From Selaginella moellendorffii (taxonomy: Eukaryota; Plantae; Lycopodiophyta): a stretch of 5,651 nucleotides of DNA. The stretch covers positions 1 through 5,651 of the forward strand of contig NW_003314721.1 of the NCBI RefSeq assembly GCF_000143415.4, given 5' to 3'. The position numbers and the translations under genes were made by a program. The notes beneath the pieces were generated by a model that had not been told where the DNA came from, searched no databases, and saw nothing but the letters and a program-made list of their open reading frames with translations. Shown piece after piece: positions 1 to 5,651 of this stretch; positions within the stretch are counted from its first letter, which is position 1; the number at the start of each line of letters is the position of its first letter.

Positions 1-76
1 TGGAAGGAAAAGCAACTCTTCTGTTCTCTGTGAAACCAAAACCTTATATTGATTGTAAGCTTTTGAGTAGAAAAAA

Positions 77-196
77 TTACCACAACGATGGCATCAAGAG
101 GCTTCCTTCCTTGACGAGCAAGAAGACGCGCCCTCCATCGCCATGGGAGATTCGCAGGTCCTCGTCCAAGTAAGTGGTGAGCAGCCACGACTGGGC
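77..196 (-). pseudogene. FBN1: C-terminal fragment of a plastid fibrillin (PAP/fibrillin, FBN1-like) gene, 5'-truncated
   Basis: The reverse complement translates [39 protein letters not shown] (TAA at 79-77). This matches, from memory, the conserved plant fibrillin-1 C-terminus ([35 protein letters not shown]). It is too short to appear in the ORF track. Confidence 0.88.
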
Positions 197-765
197 CGCC
201 GCTTCTTCTTCTTGCAAGCTGGAGTCCAAATGTTCGTCTTAAGCAGCATGCTTCTCTAGATCGATCGAAGTTCTCACTCTTCCATTCTAAATCCGTAGGT
301 GGTGGTGGCGGCGTCAAGTTTGGAGGAACCAAGGAGCTGGACAAAGTTTACGCTGTGATCGTCGTGATCGTGATATGCTGCTACGTCTCTGCCTTTGCCT
401 GGTCTTGGGGACCCTTGGGCTGGCTCGTTCCCAGCGAGATTTTCCCACTGGAGACGCGATCGGCCGGGCAAGCGATCACGGTGGCAGTTAATCTCTTCTT
501 CACCTTCGTCATTGCGCAGGCGTTCCTCAGCATGATGTGCCATATGAAGTTCGGGATCTTCCTGTTCTTCGCGGCCTGGGTGGCGATCATGTCAGTCTTC
601 GTCTTCTGGTTCATACCCGAGACCAAGAACGTTCCAATCGAGGAGATGATCGGTGTGTGGAGAAAGCACTGGTTTTGGAGGAGGATTGTCCCGGACCAAG
701 ATCCTCCGGTTATCCCATACAAGCAGGATGATGAAAGCAAGATGGGCATAGAGATGACAAACTAA
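191..765 (+). pseudogene. STP: 5'-truncated remnant of a paralogous STP gene ('STP-B'): exon 3 tail ~191-239, intron remnant to 298, exon 4 299-765
   Basis: Reads [16 protein letters not shown], then exon 4 (...[30 protein letters not shown]...[11 protein letters not shown]...HWFW). Compared with the next copy, a 6-bp deletion (CACAGG) removes the splice donor at ~239 and a 10-bp deletion at ~310 frameshifts exon 4. Confidence 0.88.
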
Positions 766-974
766 AGATCACTGAGTGAGAACTATAGAACTAAGTAGGA
801 TGAAGACCGAAAATATGTAAAAATCTATCACTCTCAACTTTACGGCTAAGACCAACACTCAAGAATTCACCGCCGTGGTCACGGCGAGACAAAGAAGCAT
901 TCAATTCTACACGAAGACTAGTACCACGATCAAGCCGCCGATCGATCGAGCTGGGAGATCCCTCTTTGGAATCT

Positions 975-2672
975 ATGGCCGGAAGGAGAATTCGTGCAGT
1001 GGCGAATGGTGGCGGCTTGAGAACCGAGCTCTACAAGGGACGGACAACGTCTTACGTGATCCTCGCTTGCATTGTGGCCGCGTGTGGAGGCTTGATCTTT
1101 GGCTACGAAGTGGGAATCTCAGGCAAGACCAGATTTGCCATCGATCTATCGCGAATTTCCTTCGTTTTATCACAGGTGGTATGCCATCCATGCCTGCATT
1201 CTTGGAGAAATTCAATTTCCACAGCCGTGACGACGACTCTCCATTCTACTACTGCCAGAATGAAGATCAGCGACTCACCATCTTCACGTCCTCGCTCTAT
1301 CTCGCGGGCATCGCGGCCAGCTTGCTGGCCTCTCACGTCACGAAGATTTACGGGCGGCGGCTATCGATCCTCTGTGGAGGCCTCTGTTCCCTCGTCGGTG
1401 CCGTGCTCAGTGGTGCCGCTCAATATCTACCCATGCTCATCTTGGGACGAATCATGCATGGCATCGGCCTTGGCTTTGGCAATCAGGTGAGTGGATTATC
1501 GGTTCGCAACAAAAAAAGATTCGATTCCTCGAATGCTCTGTCCAGGCAGTGCCGCTCTATCTATCAGAGATGGCGCCGGCAAAGATCCGGGGAGCGCTCA
1601 ACATCATGTTTCAGCTCGCCATCACTATGGGGATCCTCTGCGCGAATCTCATCAACTATGGCTCCCTCCAAATCCGGGATTGGGGCTGGCGCCTCTCCCT
1701 TGGTCTCGCCGGAGTACCAGCCATCCTCATGACCATGGGCGGATTTTTCTTGCCCGAGACTCCAAATAGTTTGATCGAGCGTGGGCGTTACGAGGAGGCT
1801 CGCCGCCTCCTCACGAAGATCCGCGGGACCGAGGAGGTGGATGCCGAGTACGAAGATATCAAAGAGGCAAGCGAGCTCGCAGTGACAAACCCTTTCAAGG
1901 CCATCTTCCAGAGAAAGAATCGCCCCCAGCTCGTCATGGCGACCATGATCCCATTCTTCCAGCAGTTCACGGGGATCAATGCGATCATGTTCTACGCCCC
2001 GGTGCTCTTCCAGAAGCTTGGATTTGGCACCGATGCGTCGCTCTACTCAGCCGTGATCACTGGCGCTGTGAACGTCATGGCCACGCTCGTCGCCATCACC
2101 TTCGTTGATAAGTGGGGCCGCCGCGCGCTCTTCCTGGAAGCTGGAGTCCAAATGTTCTTCACCCAGGTGAGAGATGGATTGGTTGCTTCTCTCTCTTGAT
2201 CCATCGACTAAAACTCTTTGCACGATCATAGGTGGCGATTGGGTTGATCTTTGCGATCATTACACCATTGTCCAAACCTTTTGCCGTGATCGTCGTGATC
2301 GTGATTTGCATCTACGTCTCATCCTTTGCATGGTCATGGGGGCCGCTGGGATGGCTCATTCCCAGCGAGATCTTCACACTGGAGACGCGGTCCGTCGGCC
2401 AGGGAATCAATGTGGCTGTCAACTTCCTCTTCACCTTCGTCATTGCGCAAGCTTTCCTCGCAATGCTATGCCACATGACGTACGGGATCTTCTTGTTCTT
2501 CGCAGCTTGGGTGTTGGTCATGTCCCTCTTCGTCTACTTCTTTCTTCCCGAGACCAAGAGTGTTCCTATCGAGGAGATGACCAGCGTTTGGAGGAGGCAC
2601 TGGTATTGGAAGAGGTTCGTTCCAGACGAGGATCCTCCAGCTCTTCCTTCCTATAAGCGAGATCGGTACTGA
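975..2672 (+). CDS. STP: Sugar transport protein (STP/MST hexose transporter, MFS sugar porter family), 'STP-A' copy 1. Exons 975-1122, 1176-1486, 1546-2166, 2232-2672; 506 aa.
   Basis: Splicing the four exons (148+311+621+441=1521 nt) gives an uninterrupted frame. It contains the STP motifs [118 protein letters not shown] and PETK..PIEEM..VW..HWYW. Intron positions match the classic plant STP layout. Confidence 0.95.
1123..1175 (+). other. Intron 1 of STP-A copy 1, non-canonical GC-AG, 53 bp, phase 1
   Basis: CAG|GCAAG...TTTTATCACAG|GT. Removal restores the family motif GISG|GMxSM. The same intron is at 3822-3874 in copy 2. Confidence 0.88.
1487..1545 (+). other. Intron 2 of STP-A copy 1, GT-AG, 59 bp, phase 0
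   Basis: CAG|GTGAGT...TGTCCAG|GCA. Removal restores GNQ|AVPLYLSE. Confidence 0.93.
2167..2231 (+). other. Intron 3 of STP-A copy 1, GT-AG, 65 bp, phase 0
   Basis: CAG|GTGAGA...CTAA...CATAG|GTG. An identical copy is at 4876-4940. Confidence 0.92.
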
Positions 2673-2801
2673 TCAATCGAGCTAGACGATAAGCGAGGAG
2701 CTTTCACTGCCGAGAGGAAAAACTCTCTAGTACCTCTTGGATGTTCTGTTCTCTGTGAAACCAAAACCTTAGATTGATTGTTCGCTTTTGAGTAGAAAAA
2801 A

Positions 2802-2910
2802 TTACCACGACGATGGTATCAAGGGGCTTCCTTCCTTGACGAGCAAGAAGACGCGCCCTCCATCGCCACGGGAGATTCGCAGGTCCTCGTCCAAGTAGCC
2901 ACGACTGGAC
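2802..2910 (-). pseudogene. FBN1: Fibrillin C-terminal fragment, copy 2
   Basis: Reads QSWL / [31 protein letters not shown], with an 11-bp deletion at ~2897 breaking WLLTTY. Confidence 0.87.
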
Positions 2911-3483
2911 CGCCGCTTCTTCTTCTTGCAAGCTGGAGCAAATGTTCGTCTCACAGGTAAGCAGCATGCTTCTCTAGATCGATCGAAGTTCTCACTCTTC
3001 CATTCTGAATCCATAGGTGGTGGTGGCGGTGATCTTGGGCGTCAAGTTTGGAGGAACCAAGGAGCTGGACAAAGTTTACGCTGTGATCAGCGTGATCGTG
3101 ATATGCTGCTACGTCTCTGCCTTTGCCTGGTCTTGGGAACTCTTGGGCTGGCTCGTTCCCAGCGAGATTTTCCCACTGGAGACGCGATCGGCCGGGCAAG
3201 CGATCACGGTGGCAGTTAATCTCTTCTTCACCTTCGTCATTGTGCAGGCGTTCCTCAGCATGATGTGCCATATGAAGTTCGGGATCTTCCTGTTCTTCGC
3301 GGCCTGGGTGGCGATCATGTCAGTCTTCATCTTCTGGAGACCAAGAACGTTCCAATCGAGGAGATGATGGGTGTGTGGAGAAAGCACTGGTTTTGGAGGA
3401 GGATTGTCCCGGACCAAGATCCTCCGGTTATCCCATACAAGCAGGATGATGAAAGCAAGATGGGTGTAGAGATGACAAACTAA
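2905..3483 (+). pseudogene. STP: STP-B remnant, second copy: exon 3 tail ~2905-2956, intron 2957-3016 (60 bp, GTAAGC..ATAG), exon 4 3017-3483
   Basis: Exon 4 begins [24 protein letters not shown]. It has a 2-bp deletion at ~2938, a WGPL>WELL change, and a 10-bp deletion at ~3337 that frameshifts just before PETK. Confidence 0.9.
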
Positions 3484-3673
3484 AAATCATTGAGCAAGAA
3501 CTATAGAACTAAGTAGGATGAAGACCAAGAAATGTAAAAATCTATCACTCTCAACTTTATGGCCAAGACCAACACTCAAGAATTCGCCACCGTGGTCACG
3601 GCGACACAAAGAAGCATTCAATTCTACGCGAAGACTAGTGCCAGATCGATCGGGAGATCCCTCTTTGGAATCT

Positions 3674-5381
3674 ATGGCCGGAAGGAAAATTCGTGGAGTT
3701 GCGAATGGTGCCGGCTTGAGAGCCGGGCTCTACAAGGGACGGACAACGTCTTACGTGATCCTCGCTTGCATTGTGGCCGCGTGTGGAGGCTTGATCTTTG
3801 GCTACGAAGTGGGAATCTCAGGCAAGACCAGATTTGTCATCGATCTATCGCGAATTTCCTTCGTTTGATCACAGGTGGTATGACATCCATGCCCGCATTC
3901 TTGGAGAAATTCAATTTCCACAGCCGTGACGACGACTCTCCATTCTACTACTGCCAGAATGAAGATCAGCGACTCACCATCTTCACGTCCTCGCTCTATC
4001 TCGCGGGCATCGCGGCCAGCTTGCTGGCCTCTCACGTCACGAAGATTTACGGGCGGCGGCTATCGATCCTCTGTGGAGGCCTCTGTTCCCTCGTCGGTGC
4101 CGTGCTCAGTGGTGCCGCTCAAAATCTAGCCATGCTCATCTTNNNNNNNNNNNNNNNNNNNNNNNNNNNNNNNNNNNNNNNNNNNNNNNNNNNNNNNNNN
4201 NNNNNNNNNNNNNNNNNNNNNNNNNNNNNNNNNNNNNNNNNNTGCTCTGTCCAGGCAGTGCCGCTCTATCTTGCAGAGATGGCGCCGGCAAAGATCCGGG
4301 GAGCGCTCATCATCATGTTTCAGCTCGCCATCACTATGGGGATCCTCTGCGCGAATCTCATCAACTATGGCTCCCTCCAAATCCGGGATTGGGGCTGGCG
4401 CCTCTCCCTTGGTCTCGCCGGAGTACCAGCCAGCCTCATGACCATGGGCGGATTTTTCTTGCCCGAGACTCCAAATAGTTTGATCGAGCGTGGGCGTTAC
4501 GAGGAGGCTCGCCGCCTCCTCACGAAGATCCGCGGGACCGAGGAGGTGGATGCCGAGTACGAAGATATCAAAGAGGCAAGCGAGCTCGCAGTGACAAACC
4601 CTTTCAAGGCCATCTTCCAGAGAAAGAATCGCCCCCAGCTCGTCATGGCGACCATGATGCCATTCTTCCAGCAGTTCACGGGGATCAATGCGATCATGTT
4701 CTACGCCCCGGTGCTCTTCCAGAAGCTTGGATTTGGCACCGATGCGTCGCTCTACTCAGCCGTGATCACTGGCGCTGTGAACGTCATGGCCACGCTCGTC
4801 GCCATCACCTTCGTTGATAAGTGGGGCCGCCGCGCGCTCTTCCTGGAAGCTGGAGTCCAAATGTTCTTCACCCAGGTGAGAGATGGATTGGTTGCTTCTC
4901 TCTCTTGATCCATCGACTAAAACTCTTTGCACGATCATAGGTGGCGATTGGGTTGATCTTTGCGATCAATACACCATTGTCCAAAACTTTTGCCGTGATC
5001 GTCGTGATCGTGATTTGCATCTACGTCTCATCCTTTGCATGGTCATGGGGGCCGCTGGGATGGCTCATTCCCAGCGAGATCTTCACACTGGAGACGCGGT
5101 CCGTCCGCCAGGGAATCAATGTGGCTGTCAACTTCCTCTTCACCTTCGTCATTGCGCAAGCTTTCCTCACAATGCTATGCCACATGAGGTACGGGATCTT
5201 CTTGTTCTTCGCAGCTTGGGTGTTGGTCATGTCCCTCTTCGTCTACTTCTTTCTTCCCGAGACAAAGAGTGTTCCCATCGAGGAGATGACCAGCGTTTGG
5301 AGGAGGCACTGGTATTGGAAGAGGTTCGTTCCAGACGAGGATCCTCCAGCTCTTCCTTCCTATAAGCGAGATCGGTACTGA
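3674..5381 (+). CDS. STP: STP-A copy 2. Exons 3674-3821, 3875-(into gap at 4143), 4255-4875, 4941-5381; interrupted by an assembly gap.
   Basis: Near-identical to copy 1 (22 coding substitutions by manual count, no indels in the readable sequence) with the same splice sites. The end of exon 2 and most of intron 2 lie in the N run. Confidence 0.85.
3822..3874 (+). other. Intron 1 of STP-A copy 2 (GC-AG)
   Basis: Same boundaries as 1123-1175, with two substitutions. Confidence 0.87.
4143..4242. other. Assembly gap (100 N)
   Basis: Run of exactly 100 Ns. The flanks map to 1443 and 1534 of unit 1, i.e. 90 bp apart. Confidence 0.99.
4876..4940 (+). other. Intron 3 of STP-A copy 2 (GT-AG)
   Basis: Identical to 2167-2231. 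Confidence 0.9.
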
Positions 5382-5510
5382 TCAATCGAGCTAGACGATA
5401 AGCGAGGAGCTTTCACTGCCGAGAGGAAAAACTCTCTAGTACCTCTTGGATGTTCTGTCCTCTGTGAAACCAAAACCTTAGATTGATTGTAAGCTTTTGA
5501 GTAGAAAAAA

Positions 5511-5621
5511 TTACCACGACGATGGTATCAAGGGGCTTCCTTCCTTGACGAGCAAGAAGACGCGCTCTCCATCGCCACGGGAGATTCGCAGGTCCTCGTC
5601 CAAGTAAGTGGTGAGCAGGCA
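5511..5621 (-). pseudogene. FBN1: Fibrillin C-terminal fragment, copy 3
   Basis: Reads [37 protein letters not shown] 9-bp deletion removes the junction bases. Confidence 0.87.
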
Positions 5622-5651
5622 CGCCGCTTCTTCTTCTTGCAAGCTGGAGTC
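5622..5651 (+). pseudogene. Start of a third STP-B remnant, running off the window
   Basis: CGC CGC TTC TTC TTC TTG CAA GCT GGA GTC = [10 protein letters not shown], identical to 197-226. Confidence 0.75.

Larger units (their letters stand above)
197..2910 (+). repeat. Complete ~2.71 kb tandem repeat unit (STP-B 3' part + STP-A + fibrillin 3' end)
   Basis: Colinear with 2911-5621 at about 98% identity. Positions 19-196 and 5622-5651 are parts of the flanking units. Confidence 0.92.
2911..5621 (+). repeat. Second complete tandem repeat unit, containing the N gap
   Basis: Offset from the first unit is 2718 at the STP-B stop, 2699 at the STP-A ATG and 2709 after the gap. Confidence 0.9.

Noticed and set aside
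71-169. Apparent 99-nt plus-strand cassette exon (TAG|...CAA|GTAAGT) in frame with the STP-B remnant
   Set aside because: It is fully explained as the antisense of the fibrillin coding tail; GTAAGT is the reverse complement of the Thr-Tyr codons ACT TAC.
255-962. GATCGATCGA palindromic motifs at ~259-268 and ~940-949
   Set aside because: They are short simple repeats, partly deleted in the other unit, with no supporting hairpin, TIR or target-site duplication.
875-1732. 285-aa ORF, and the overlapping 966-1490 and 1491-1769 ORFs
   Set aside because: These are unspliced run-ons of individual STP exons into other frames.
2673-2700. In-frame SIEL after the STP-A stop, resembling GIEM of the STP-B tail (possible premature stop or readthrough)
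   Set aside because: The match is too short to distinguish from chance, and the tail lengths do not align.
3559-4908. 449-aa ORF
   Set aside because: It is an artefact of reading through intron 1 and the mis-sized N gap. The N-terminal ~100 aa are an off-frame reading of the spacer and exon 1.
274-5230. Multiple short minus-strand ORFs over the STP exons
   Set aside because: They are antisense shadows of GC-rich coding sequence with no recognisable motifs. Only the tail of ORF 2802-3014 (fibrillin) is meaningful.
1-5651. Transposon (Helitron/Pack-MULE) capture of gene fragments, or a prokaryotic system such as CRISPR
   Set aside because: No TIRs, TSDs, convincing Helitron ends, transposase or repeat-spacer array are visible. 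Simple tandem duplication explains all the fragments.

Overview
This is eukaryotic land-plant genomic DNA with 53-65 bp introns and very short intergenic spaces, reminiscent of a compact lycophyte genome such as Selaginella (inference only). The window is an array of ~2.7 kb tandem repeats. Each unit contains, in order: (i) the 3' remnant of one sugar transport protein gene (STP-B: end of exon 3, intron 3, exon 4; frameshifted); (ii) a complete four-exon MFS sugar porter / STP hexose transporter gene (STP-A, 506 aa, GC-AG first intron); and (iii) the last ~40 codons of a plastid fibrillin (PAP/FBN1-like) gene on the minus strand. The fibrillin and STP-B remnants are fused back-to-back at a shared GGC. 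This fusion is seen three times (~196, ~2910, ~5621) and is best explained as the tandem-duplication junction of an ancestral STP-B > STP-A > < FBN locus, implying at least four units. A 100-N gap interrupts the second STP-A copy. STP-A has Glu instead of the conserved proton-coupling Asp in TM1. I see no evidence of prokaryotic systems, RNA genes or transposons.
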